Virus record (IMG/VR): IMGVR_UViG_3300032240_002045
Coordinates: 33,994 to 97,993 of that record
Origin: a virus
DNA: 64,000 nt
Reading direction: 5' to 3' (one strand)
In this document: positions 1 to 7,968 of the stretch, piece by piece
Numbering within the stretch: the stretch's first letter is position 1
Layout of the letters: every line of letters starts with the position of its first letter
Notes under the pieces: model-generated
The model's database searches: none
The model's input: the letters and a program-made list of their open reading frames with translations, nothing else
Told to the model about the DNA's origin: nothing
Position numbers and translations under genes: made by a program

Positions 1-1133
1 AATGAAACAATACCTGTTGGTGATTCTAAACCACTCTTGTCACGGAACCAGGCGCTTCCGCCATCCATAGCCGGCACTTGAATCCACAAACGTGGGCCAA
101 CTTGATCAGCGCGGAAATGGTGGAAGTGACCTGTTAACAAAATGTCAGCAGAACCTACAGGTGTGCGACCAGTAGCTTGTCCTGCAATCCATTTGCCCAT
201 ATCTTTTGCTTGATGGCCGTGTGCCATACCAACAATAGTTCCGCCTAAATCAATTGCTAACGTTGCGTTGTCTGGCTTTGGATAATAAAAAGTAACATGT
301 GACAATGCGGAATTTTCCGCGCATGCATCTTGCACGGCTGATACAACTTCAATTTGCCATGAATCGATTGGGTCAGTCATCATAATTCTATGCGTTTCAT
401 CATGGTTACCTGGAACAACTGGAACAATAAGCTTTTCACATAATGGTGCAAAAGCTTTAATCCAAGCCATTAATACACGGCGTCCTACACGCACTTGTTG
501 GCTTACTCCAAGGTCACTGCGACCTAATACTTTTCCATTTTGTGAAGTGCTTCCTTCAATGCAATCACCTAATTGAGGAAGTACTACTGTGCCAATCTTT
601 CGCCCCAACTTCAATAGTTCTTTGTGACGAGCTACTGACTCGTCTATCCCCTTCAAAACTCTTTGAATTGTAGCTTCGGTTCCACCGTTGGCGTCCTTCC
701 CATACTGGGTATCGCCTATTGCGTAAATGGCAAACAGCTCCCCAACGTAAGATTCTGTCTTGTTTGGTTTCCACTTGCTTACCTCTTTTACCAATTCATC
801 ATAATCAACGTCATGCCCAGAAGTGTGCTCCGCAGGCTTTACGCTTACACGTGCCGCCTCTAGCCACTCACCGTCGTAACGTTGCCAACGGCTTTTACGC
901 ACACTAATTACTGTCCATACTTTTGGATCTAAATCAAAGTCTTTAAACATCTCTACAGCATCAGGTAACTCTCCGGCTGTACGGGGTGTAGAAACAAAAT
1001 AACCACCATCTGGCCCAATGTCTAAACGAGCTCTGTACTCTGGTGGTGTGTTAGTTCTTTTGTAATCATTTTCCGCGCCATTTAAATCAGCGTTAATCAA
1101 TGCTTTTCCAAGTATGTTTAATTTTTTGGACAC
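1..1133 (-). CDS. Calcineurin-like metallophosphoesterase (actinophage type); runs off the left edge; missing from the ORF track
   Basis: Manual translation from GTG at 1133 gives one open frame with motifs IGDTQYGK, LGDCIEG, PGNHDE, AHGH and TGHFHH. Confidence 0.85.
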   Translation of the reverse strand, partial: MSKKLNILGKALINADLNGAENDYKRTNTPPEYRARLDIGPDGGYFVSTPRTAGELPDAVEMFKDFDLDPKVWTVISVRKSRWQRYDGEWLEAARVSVKPAEHTSGHDVDYDELVKEVSKWKPNKTESYVGELFAIYAIGDTQYGKDANGGTEATIQRVLKGIDESVARHKELLKLGRKIGTVVLPQLGDCIEGSTSQNGKVLGRSDLGVSQQVRVGRRVLMAWIKAFAPLCEKLIVPVVPGNHDETHRIMMTDPIDSWQIEVVSAVQDACAENSALSHVTFYYPKPDNATLAIDLGGTIVGMAHGHQAKDMGKWIAGQATGRTPVGSADILLTGHFHHFRADQVGPRLWIQVPAMDGGSAWFRDKSGLESPTGIVS

Positions 1134-1354
1134 GTGCAATAGCTCCTTAAATGTGAGCGGAATGCGGTTAATTTAAAAGGAAGATCCTCATTTAAATTTA
1201 ATTCCGCATAAAGGCTTGAAATATTAATGTTTTTGCTATTTTCTTTAATAGACTCAAACGCTTTTTGCTCATCTACAGCTAGAGTAGAAAGCCAATAACC
1301 AACTGAGCATGCATCTGAAGCTGTTTGGATATGTTTATTAAGGACTTCCAACAC
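1118..1354 (-). CDS. Small hypothetical protein with C-terminal H..YCTC
   Basis: GGGAGA RBS before GTG at 1354; the longer track ORF runs through the tRNA and is unlikely. Confidence 0.65.
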   Translation of the reverse strand: MLEVLNKHIQTASDACSVGYWLSTLAVDEQKAFESIKENSKNINISSLYAELNLNEDLPFKLTAFRSHLRSYCTCPKN

Positions 1355-1512
1355 GCGTAGTCTCCCGTCTCGTCGCGACGTATCAAGACTAACATAAAAG
1401 TTAGGTTGGCGGGGGTTGTGAGATCCCCCAACTCCTGTAGCTGCATGTGCCAACTTCATGATGTAGTAACTGTGCACAGTCCTACAAGACACGATCTTGT
1501 GTCTGCCTCCCG

Positions 1513-1585
1513 CTGCCCTTCCTGGGATCGAACCAGGGACACCGCGATTAACAGTCGCGTGCTCTGCCGGCTGAGCTAAAGGGCA
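1513..1585 (-). tRNA. tRNA-Asn (GTT), no encoded CCA
   Basis: Acceptor stem TGCCCTT/AAGGGCA, D arm GCTC..GAGC, anticodon arm CGCGA-CTGTTAA-TCGCG, T arm CCTGG-TTCGATC-CCAGG. Confidence 0.95.
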
Positions 1586-1614
1586 AAAACTAGGGACACC
1601 CAAAGGTGCCCCTA
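1586..1614 (-). terminator. Hairpin plus T run between hsp20 and the tRNA (terminator or pre-tRNA leader)
   Basis: TAGGGGCACC-TTTG-GGTGTCCCTA-GTTTTT. Confidence 0.5.
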
Positions 1615-1646
1615 GGACAAGGTAGCGATACTCTGTCGAGCTTAGT

Positions 1647-2141
1647 CTACTTGATTTTTATAGTTTTTGGTTTTAGCTCTTCTGGAATTTGACGTTCTAC
1701 AGTGATAGTTAACAAGCCGTCTTTAAGATCGGCCCCCTTAACTACCATGTATTCGCCAAGTACAAATTGCTGTGTCCATAAACGTTTTGCAATGCCTTGA
1801 TGAAGAACCTCATCGGTATCTTCGTCAACTTTTTCAATACTTTTTACTTTAAGAAGGTCTTTTTCTACAGTAATTTCTACATCTTCTTTTGAATACCCCG
1901 CTAAAGCTAATTCTACTTTGTAAGTATCATCATCAACTTTTAACAAGTTATAGGGTGGAAAAGAAGACTGTTTAATGGGTAAAGTAGACCAACGATGAAT
2001 TTGATCTTGAAACCCTAAAAAGAATTGATTACTTAAAATTTCGTTTAAACTCGTTTGATTATTAACAATCTTATGAGCAAACGCTGGTGTTAATTTAGGA
2101 TTTGGGTGATCCCATTGAGGATTTGCAAGGCCTGAAGCCAT
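1647..2141 (-). CDS. Small heat shock protein (Hsp20/IbpA family)
   Basis: FPPYNLLK, VELALAGY, LHQGIAKR, GADLKDGLLTI and C-terminal IKIK; AAGGAG RBS. Confidence 0.95.
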   Translation of the reverse strand: MASGLANPQWDHPNPKLTPAFAHKIVNNQTSLNEILSNQFFLGFQDQIHRWSTLPIKQSSFPPYNLLKVDDDTYKVELALAGYSKEDVEITVEKDLLKVKSIEKVDEDTDEVLHQGIAKRLWTQQFVLGEYMVVKGADLKDGLLTITVERQIPEELKPKTIKIK

Positions 2142-2206
2142 AATATATCTCCTTAGACGATATAAGTTAATTGACTCCCAATCGGCGAGTCCCTATAAGT
2201 ATACAT

Positions 2207-2248
2207 AAAAAAACCCCCGCTAGTCATAGACTGCGGGGGTTTATTTTT
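2207..2248. terminator. Intrinsic terminator, probably bidirectional
   Basis: AAAAAA-CCCCCGC..GCGGGGG-TTTATTTTT. Confidence 0.8.
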
Positions 2249-2253
2249 AAAAC

Positions 2254-2580
2254 TTATTCAGACATACCATCTTTAAACGTTGGAGCTGAGCGCTTAACGG
2301 AAGGTGAAAGGATACGACCGTTCCCTTGAGTAGCAGACGCTTCCGGTGAAGTCTGCTTCTGGAACATTACGCGAATTCCGTAACGAGCGCCGCCAGTTGC
2401 GGTAACAAACTTACGTGATGGCTTAGCCATACCGTATGGATCGCCAGCTGCCGTGTTCTTCTTCTTCATAAGCTTGCCCTTTAGAGGCTGAGCAACTACT
2501 GGCTTTGCGCCAGCCGCGTTGCGTGGTTCAGCCGATGTTGGGGCAATCGGTGCTGGGTTCTTCTTTGAATCTGATTTCAT
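2254..2580 (-). CDS. Basic, low-complexity hypothetical protein
   Basis: AAAGGA RBS; K/A/P-rich ORF. Confidence 0.7.
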   Translation of the reverse strand: MKSDSKKNPAPIAPTSAEPRNAAGAKPVVAQPLKGKLMKKKNTAAGDPYGMAKPSRKFVTATGGARYGIRVMFQKQTSPEASATQGNGRILSPSVKRSAPTFKDGMSE

Positions 2581-2621
2581 GTGTTTTCCTTTGGCCTAAG
2601 GTTTAAATAACTGTATCAGGG

Positions 2622-2900
2622 TTAACGTACTTCAACGGTGTAAACAATGGCAGAGATCTGACCATCGTGGCTATCAATTGTTGAAAACCCTGGGATGCAC
2701 ACTAGGTCAAGGCCTCGTGGTGCGGTGTAACCACGAGCAATTGCTATGGCTTTTGTTGCTTGGTTTACTGCTCCAGCGCCAACAGCGCGAAGTTTACATC
2801 CGCGTGTTTCATAAATGCTGTGTGCGATTGCTGACGCAACTGCTTGTGGGTTGGATCCAGCACTAACGCGTAGGATCTGTTCTTCTGTATGCTCGGTCAT
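2622..2900 (-). CDS. spoVS: Stage V sporulation protein S family (Alba-like fold)
   Basis: LRVSAGSNPQAVASAIA, AVGAGAVNQATKAIAIARGY, LVCIPGF and ISAI match the SpoVS consensus. Confidence 0.92.
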   Translation of the reverse strand: MTEHTEEQILRVSAGSNPQAVASAIAHSIYETRGCKLRAVGAGAVNQATKAIAIARGYTAPRGLDLVCIPGFSTIDSHDGQISAIVYTVEVR

Positions 2901-2971
2901 GTGTTCCTTCGGTGTACGAATAGTGGTGCCCCGCAGGAATAATTATGAAGTACTTAAGCTCAGGTGTAAGT

Positions 2972-3142
2972 CTAAAAATCAATAGGGGTAGGGGCGGTAG
3001 CCAAAGCCCCGCAAAGCTCGCATTCCATATCAAGCATATATAGGGATATTTCCCCATCTTCGAACATAGCTTTAACGTTCCACAGGGTGGAACCGCAAAT
3101 GCAAACGTGTAGTGGGGCTTCTTTATCCCTTAGATCAAGCAT
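2972..3142 (-). CDS. 56-aa Zn-binding micro-protein (CxC...CxxC); not in the ORF track
   Basis: MLDLRDKEAPLHVCICGSTLWNVKAMFEDGEISLYMLDMECELCGALATAPTPIDF; start overlaps the upstream gene end. Confidence 0.75.
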   Translation of the reverse strand: MLDLRDKEAPLHVCICGSTLWNVKAMFEDGEISLYMLDMECELCGALATAPTPIDF

Positions 3143-3365
3143 CCCATTTAGCCTTTAACTCATCAAGTAATTTGCGGTTGCTTTCAATCTCTGCCTCAAT
3201 CAAAGCAACCTCTTCTTCAGACATTTTGTCTTTATTTTCTTCATAAAAGTTAAGACCAACATTAAAATTACTTTCAAATACGGCAATTTGCGCTTGTTTA
3301 CGTTGTTTTAAAAATTCATGCTGTTCGGCTATATTAGCCGCAATCTTGTCTTGACGATTACTCAT
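3135..3365 (-). CDS. Hypothetical helical protein
   Basis: ATG at 3365 coupled (ATGA) to the upstream stop. Confidence 0.7.
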   Translation of the reverse strand: MSNRQDKIAANIAEQHEFLKQRKQAQIAVFESNFNVGLNFYEENKDKMSEEEVALIEAEIESNRKLLDELKAKWDA

Positions 3366-3532
3366 GATTGACCGCCCCAACCCCCGCCTTTAAATTGAAC
3401 GGCTGGTGGGGTCCACACTTTAGTCATAAAGTTTGCGCATTTAGAGCACACAGGCCGGTCAACGGCATCAAAAGCCATGTGAATCTCAACAGTGCTATCA
3501 CATGTTACGCATGTAAAATCGTAATTAGGCAT
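3362..3532 (-). CDS. FmdB-family zinc-ribbon protein (56 aa); not in the ORF track
   Basis: MPNYDFTCVTC...PVCSKC...VQFKGGGW signature; TAATG coupling with the upstream gene. Confidence 0.85.
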   Translation of the reverse strand: MPNYDFTCVTCDSTVEIHMAFDAVDRPVCSKCANFMTKVWTPPAVQFKGGGWGGQS

Positions 3533-4068
3533 TATTTCTCCCTGAACTTTGGGTCTTGTAGCTTATCGTACACTTCTTTTTCATATGCCGTTTCGTGCAT
3601 CCCCGCGACTAAACGGGCTAACGAGTAAGAGTCAGCAGCGTTGTCGTCTGTAAACTCAACCCCCCACTTCTTGTACACGTACAAAAGCATTTGACTCTTT
3701 GGAACCCCGTTGCCTTTTCCGGTTACATACTTCTTTAAATTAGTGGGTGGGACAATAAGCGGGTAAATGCCAAAATCTAATAACGTAAGTTTTACCATTC
3801 CCCCAAGTTCACCAAGCATGTTAGCCATCTGGGATCCAAATGCGTAACCTTCCATAGCTACGTCTACAATTTCAAAATTAAACAAAGTCTCCATGATGTG
3901 AACCTGTATGTCTTTAAGGCGCTCAATTCCACGCTTTTCTGACTTGTAAACAGTAGTCCATTGGTTTTCCCCGCGAAGTACAGTTATGGCAAATCCACTA
4001 TAAGACTGGTCTATTCCTACGTGTACTGGGCCGTTAAATAACTCAGCGGGGCTACCAAAACTTTTCAA
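3532..4068 (-). CDS. RuvC-like Holliday junction resolvase
   Basis: VGIDQSYSGFA, VAMEGY, PTNLKKYVTGKG..K and DNAADS catalytic motifs. Confidence 0.85.
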   Translation of the reverse strand: MKSFGSPAELFNGPVHVGIDQSYSGFAITVLRGENQWTTVYKSEKRGIERLKDIQVHIMETLFNFEIVDVAMEGYAFGSQMANMLGELGGMVKLTLLDFGIYPLIVPPTNLKKYVTGKGNGVPKSQMLLYVYKKWGVEFTDDNAADSYSLARLVAGMHETAYEKEVYDKLQDPKFREK

Positions 4069-4562
4069 GTAGTCATCCAGGTCGATCTGCCTGACATCTT
4101 GTTAAGGTTGACTCGGCGGGTGATCTCACGATTAATAAAAGATATATCTTTAGAAAGCTTGCCTGACATAATATTAATTAAACCGTGATAATTAGACAAC
4201 TCTTGAAACTTATCCGCGCTTGTGCGGTAATCCTCATCTACTTCAATCTCCGCATCAAGTAAAGCTACTGCTATACCGGCAGCTTTCATTGACAATTTTT
4301 TCTTAGCCTTAATCACAGTCATTTCTTTTTCAGCTTCTGCTTTATCAGTATTTGCGCACCACATTTGCAGGTTAATAAACTCTAAATAAGCCACGTACTT
4401 TGCATACATATCCATCAGTTCATCGTCGTCCACGGAAGTAACGTCGTCTGGAATTGCTGGCGGATCGTAACTATAACCTTCATTAAGGGTTAAACCTTGA
4501 CCTTTTAACTTATCAATAGCACGTTTGCTGGCCTCTGCTAGCTGTAGCTCAATTGGACTCAT
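4065..4562 (-). CDS. Hypothetical coiled-coil protein, possibly a recombination mediator
   Basis: All-helical ORF inside the recombination operon; ATG at 4562. Confidence 0.6.
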   Translation of the reverse strand: MSPIELQLAEASKRAIDKLKGQGLTLNEGYSYDPPAIPDDVTSVDDDELMDMYAKYVAYLEFINLQMWCANTDKAEAEKEMTVIKAKKKLSMKAAGIAVALLDAEIEVDEDYRTSADKFQELSNYHGLINIMSGKLSKDISFINREITRRVNLNKMSGRSTWMTT

Positions 4563-5421
4563 TTGTGTACCCCTCACATTTTTTGCAACCTGCTGGGTTA
4601 ATATTACAGTCAAGAGGGGTTAACGCGTCAACCGCTTTAACAATACGTTCTGCTGCTGCAAAAATATGGTTGATAGAAAAATCACTCTTTGGAACAATAA
4701 ATTCTTTTATATCTTGTGTTGCTTTAGACTCATAAATAAGAACGGCTTCTTGAGGGACATCTGGGTAACCAATTAATTCAGCTAATTTCATGTAAATTTG
4801 GATTTGAGTTACATGTTTACCAAAAGGTTCTGTTAATTTTTTCCAAGTTTTTTCAAAATCATTATCATTTTCTTTAAGTAATTGAGGGGCTTCGTACCTA
4901 AAAGTTCCTACACCCACTGATTTAATTTCTAACATTAAAGGGTTGCCAAACCCAATCAACCAACCATCTGAGTGGCCTGATATACGCAAGGGTTCGTAGT
5001 TAAGCGGGACTTCGTTATATTTCCAATTGTTTTCTCCGCAATCAGCACACTCTGTGTTTCCCATATTCCAAAACTTTGATCGACAATTACGGCATAAATA
5101 AAGGCCATAAAGTTTTCCCATTCCATGTAACCAACCTTGCCATTTAGCATGGATTGAATGGCCCTCTTCAAATACAGAAAGCAATTTAAATGAAAATTTA
5201 CGGTCAGCTGGAGCGTGACCTAAAAGTTGAAAATACGAAGCTCTGTGGCACCAATCAGCTCCTGCCATCTCTGAAGGATGTAATACATCATGTCGACGGG
5301 CTTCTTCGTCTCTAGGGGTTGTTAATACGTGTCGTTCTACTGAACCTAACACGCGGGTATCTGTTTTACCAGCTTTTACAAATGCTTCTAATGATCCGGT
5401 TGATTTATATTGCTTTGTCAT
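4549..5421 (-). CDS. Cas4-like PD-(D/E)xK exonuclease
   Basis: HPSE..WC, GHSIH, SGHSDG, LEIKS, QIQIYM and C-terminal C..CxxC; extra CxxC..CxxC insert. Confidence 0.85.
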   Translation of the reverse strand: MTKQYKSTGSLEAFVKAGKTDTRVLGSVERHVLTTPRDEEARRHDVLHPSEMAGADWCHRASYFQLLGHAPADRKFSFKLLSVFEEGHSIHAKWQGWLHGMGKLYGLYLCRNCRSKFWNMGNTECADCGENNWKYNEVPLNYEPLRISGHSDGWLIGFGNPLMLEIKSVGVGTFRYEAPQLLKENDNDFEKTWKKLTEPFGKHVTQIQIYMKLAELIGYPDVPQEAVLIYESKATQDIKEFIVPKSDFSINHIFAAAERIVKAVDALTPLDCNINPAGCKKCEGYTNESN

Positions 5422-5433
5422 ACGCGGACACTA

Positions 5434-5757
5434 TCACGCTTTTTTAAGCTCTACCCATTCCTTTAAAGTTTTTCCCGCTTTTGTTGCTTTACGTTTTAAC
5501 GCGTTGCGTTCGCGGTGTGACATGCCTCCCCATATACCGTGTTGTTCATCCATCTTGTCTGCGTACAACAAGCATTGTTTACGAACAGGGCATTCAGGTA
5601 ATCCATCTTTACCGTAACACACTGCTTTAGATATCTCCGCAATTGGTTTGTACTTTGCTTTATCTCTTGGGGGATACCAAAGCTCCGTGTCTAATCCACG
5701 GCATTTAGCGTTGTATCGCCAACTTTCGACATGCTCGTTATCTTGGTACAAGTACAC
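5434..5757 (-). CDS. whiB: WhiB-family transcription factor
   Basis: AKC..CPVRKQCL..HGIWGGMSHRER. Confidence 0.92.
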   Translation of the reverse strand: MYLYQDNEHVESWRYNAKCRGLDTELWYPPRDKAKYKPIAEISKAVCYGKDGLPECPVRKQCLLYADKMDEQHGIWGGMSHRERNALKRKATKAGKTLKEWVELKKA

Positions 5758-6068
5758 TCCTGAAGATTCTGGCGTAGTTCCAGAAAATCATCTTCAGTAA
5801 GCACAACGTAATTTTCGTTGTTCAAACTAAAACCGAGGACGGGTGTCCGACTGTCAAGAATTGCTTCTTTAACAATCTTTTCCAAAACTGTCGCTTTGAC
5901 AGTGAAGGAAGTTTTGCCCGTCCACTTATGTTCAATAAGTAGATCGCTACTACGGACATCACCTTTACGACTCCAGAATGATCCGCTTCCAGCTGAGCGC
6001 TGTCCGCCAATCTCTTTTGCTAGTCGTACCTCGTGCTTCTTAGACTGCTTTTGTCCCTCAGTCCTCAT
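5691..6068 (-). CDS. Hjc-like (PD-(D/E)xK) Holliday junction resolvase
   Basis: HEVRLAK, GSGS, KGDV and LIEHK motifs. Confidence 0.75.
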   Translation of the reverse strand: MRTEGQKQSKKHEVRLAKEIGGQRSAGSGSFWSRKGDVRSSDLLIEHKWTGKTSFTVKATVLEKIVKEAILDSRTPVLGFSLNNENYVVLTEDDFLELRQNLQECTCTKITSMSKVGDTTLNAVD

Positions 6069-7119
6069 CGGACTCAACAGCTACGTGCTTAGATCCGGCT
6101 TTAATCGAATCCAACACGTCCCGTTCAAGGGCTTCTTTCAAGTCTAGCTCTTCCCGTATAGAATCAAGCATAGCATCACTGCCCTGCCACTGGCGACCTG
6201 CGTAACGGTAGTAAGCGCCCGCTCTAACAATAACTTTGTTAATGATGCCCATCGCTACAATTTCTTTAGCAAAATCAAATTCACCGGCTGGTATGTCTCC
6301 ACCGGAGGCAAAGTAAAAGTCAACTGTTGCCGTCTGTGAGGGTGGGGCTGACTTGTTCTTAATAATTCTTACCTTAATAGACTGACCAATACGACGTTTT
6401 TCTTGACCCGTTCCCGACTCAATCCATTCATCACGGCGTACCTCCATGCGGGTAAAGAACGCGTAGTCCTTTCCTAAACCACCTGGGGTTGTTCGTGGGT
6501 CGCCGTACATAACGCCAATTTTAGAACGCCACTGGTTGATAACAATTCCAATGAATGGGCGCTCTGCTTCTGTAAGGGAACGCTTTGAAGCTTTACCTAC
6601 CTTGCGAAAGAACTTGTTAGTTAAAAGGGCTGTTCGTCCGACTGTTGATTCTTCCATTTGTTTTTCATCTTCAGATGAAGGTACAAGGGCAGGAAGGCTA
6701 TCAATAACGATACAGTCCACAGCTTTACTTTCAGTGAACTCGATAACTGCTTCATATGCCATCTCCATAATGTTAGTAGAAACTACGTATACGCGTGAAG
6801 TGTCAACCCCGCACATCTCTGCGTAACCGGGTACCCACTCTTCTGCTGCAACCCATACTGTTGTAAAATTTGGGTCACGTTTTTGGTTTGCTGCAATAGT
6901 CTTTAACGCTAAAGCAGTTTTACCATTGCTTGCTTCACCAATAACCTCATGCCATTGATTAGCCGGCCATCCGCCACCAAGTGAAACGTCTACAGCTATA
7001 GATCCTGTTGTAAAACGAGCTGCTACAGCAATAATATCTGACCCTAAAACAACAGTGTCTGCACCCATCTTCTTGTTAATTGCGTTAAGAACTTTTGCTA
7101 AATCTGCTGTTATTGCCAT
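6058..7119 (-). CDS. recA: RecA recombinase
   Basis: TTGSIAVDVSLGGG, Walker A GEASNGKT, IVIDSL, INQWRSKIGVMYGDPRTTPGG, KNKSAPP. Confidence 0.95.
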   Translation of the reverse strand: MAITADLAKVLNAINKKMGADTVVLGSDIIAVAARFTTGSIAVDVSLGGGWPANQWHEVIGEASNGKTALALKTIAANQKRDPNFTTVWVAAEEWVPGYAEMCGVDTSRVYVVSTNIMEMAYEAVIEFTESKAVDCIVIDSLPALVPSSEDEKQMEESTVGRTALLTNKFFRKVGKASKRSLTEAERPFIGIVINQWRSKIGVMYGDPRTTPGGLGKDYAFFTRMEVRRDEWIESGTGQEKRRIGQSIKVRIIKNKSAPPSQTATVDFYFASGGDIPAGEFDFAKEIVAMGIINKVIVRAGAYYRYAGRQWQGSDAMLDSIREELDLKEALERDVLDSIKAGSKHVAVESDED

Positions 7120-7478
7120 TAAATATGTCCAATGATTGTCTGTGGGTTAAATCCGCCTGCTTGTACCTGCTTTGATGCTTGAGTTGGCCCGGATGATTTA
7201 GGTCCACTAGTAATACCGGTGCCTATACCTGAACCGCTTTGTTGAAGTGGGTAACCGCAATCGTAACAACGTTTACGTGCTTCAGGAGTAGCCCCTCCAT
7301 AGTTACCACTACCGCAACCGGGACAACGATCACCTACAGGTGTTCGCATAGTCGGGTAATTTTGTGGCGCATTAGGCGTCTGTGGCGCTTGTTGTTGAGG
7401 TATTGCCACACCTTGGTATGAGGGCTGTTGTGGTACCGGCGTGGTACCAAGTTTATTTGCCCACCAATTAGAACTCAT
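7119..7478 (-). CDS. Zn-finger (CxxC..CxxC) protein with P/Q/G-rich flanks
   Basis: CPGCGSGNY...RCYDCGYP; AAAGGAG RBS. Confidence 0.7.
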   Translation of the reverse strand: MSSNWWANKLGTTPVPQQPSYQGVAIPQQQAPQTPNAPQNYPTMRTPVGDRCPGCGSGNYGGATPEARKRCYDCGYPLQQSGSGIGTGITSGPKSSGPTQASKQVQAGGFNPQTIIGHI

Positions 7479-7968
7479 CGTCATCTCCTTTTATCTCAAT
7501 CTCTTCCAAGGCTACTCCGCCTTGCTCTAAAACGCCAAGTCTTACTCCGATAGATATAGCTCCAAGTAAAGTTGTGGCAGCTACAGATTTATAAATTTCC
7601 CGCATAATTTTTAAATCATCTTCTAATTCTTTTTGAAGCTCTGGGCTTTTACTTTCAGTACTTTCTTTTAATATTTTTAATTGGGCTGCGGTAATCACAT
7701 CCGAACTAATAGTTGAAATATAATCTATATACGGTAAAACTTCTTTAATCTCAATTAACCTATTGTCGCTATCTTCTTGTTCTTTTGTATTTCCCTCGTC
7801 ACTTACACGAGTTAACCCTAAATACTCTGCAAGAGCGTTCTCATCTCCCACTCCTACGTCGTATATAAACCAACGAAGTAAAGTACTAGAAGGAAACTCA
7901 TCTGAAACAAAGTCAAAATCAAGGTTGTCATCGTCATCTTTTTTAAAGAAATTTGAAAACCAACTCAC
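7468..7968 (-). CDS. Acidic hypothetical protein
   Basis: GTGA coupling with the polA stop. Confidence 0.7.
   Translation of the reverse strand: MSWFSNFFKKDDDDNLDFDFVSDEFPSSTLLRWFIYDVGVGDENALAEYLGLTRVSDEGNTKEQEDSDNRLIEIKEVLPYIDYISTISSDVITAAQLKILKESTESKSPELQKELEDDLKIMREIYKSVAATTLLGAISIGVRLGVLEQGGVALEEIEIKGDDDEF

Noticed and set aside
1450-1512. HDV-like (theta) ribozyme after the tRNA
   Set aside because: I could not build the nested P1/P2/P3 double pseudoknot by hand; kept only as an unclassified structured RNA
1355-1603. N-terminal extension of the track ORF 1118-1603
   Set aside because: It runs through a well-formed tRNA, and a good RBS and GTG exist at 1354
4549-5421. CRISPR-Cas system
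   Set aside because: Solo Cas4-like nuclease; no array or other cas genes seen
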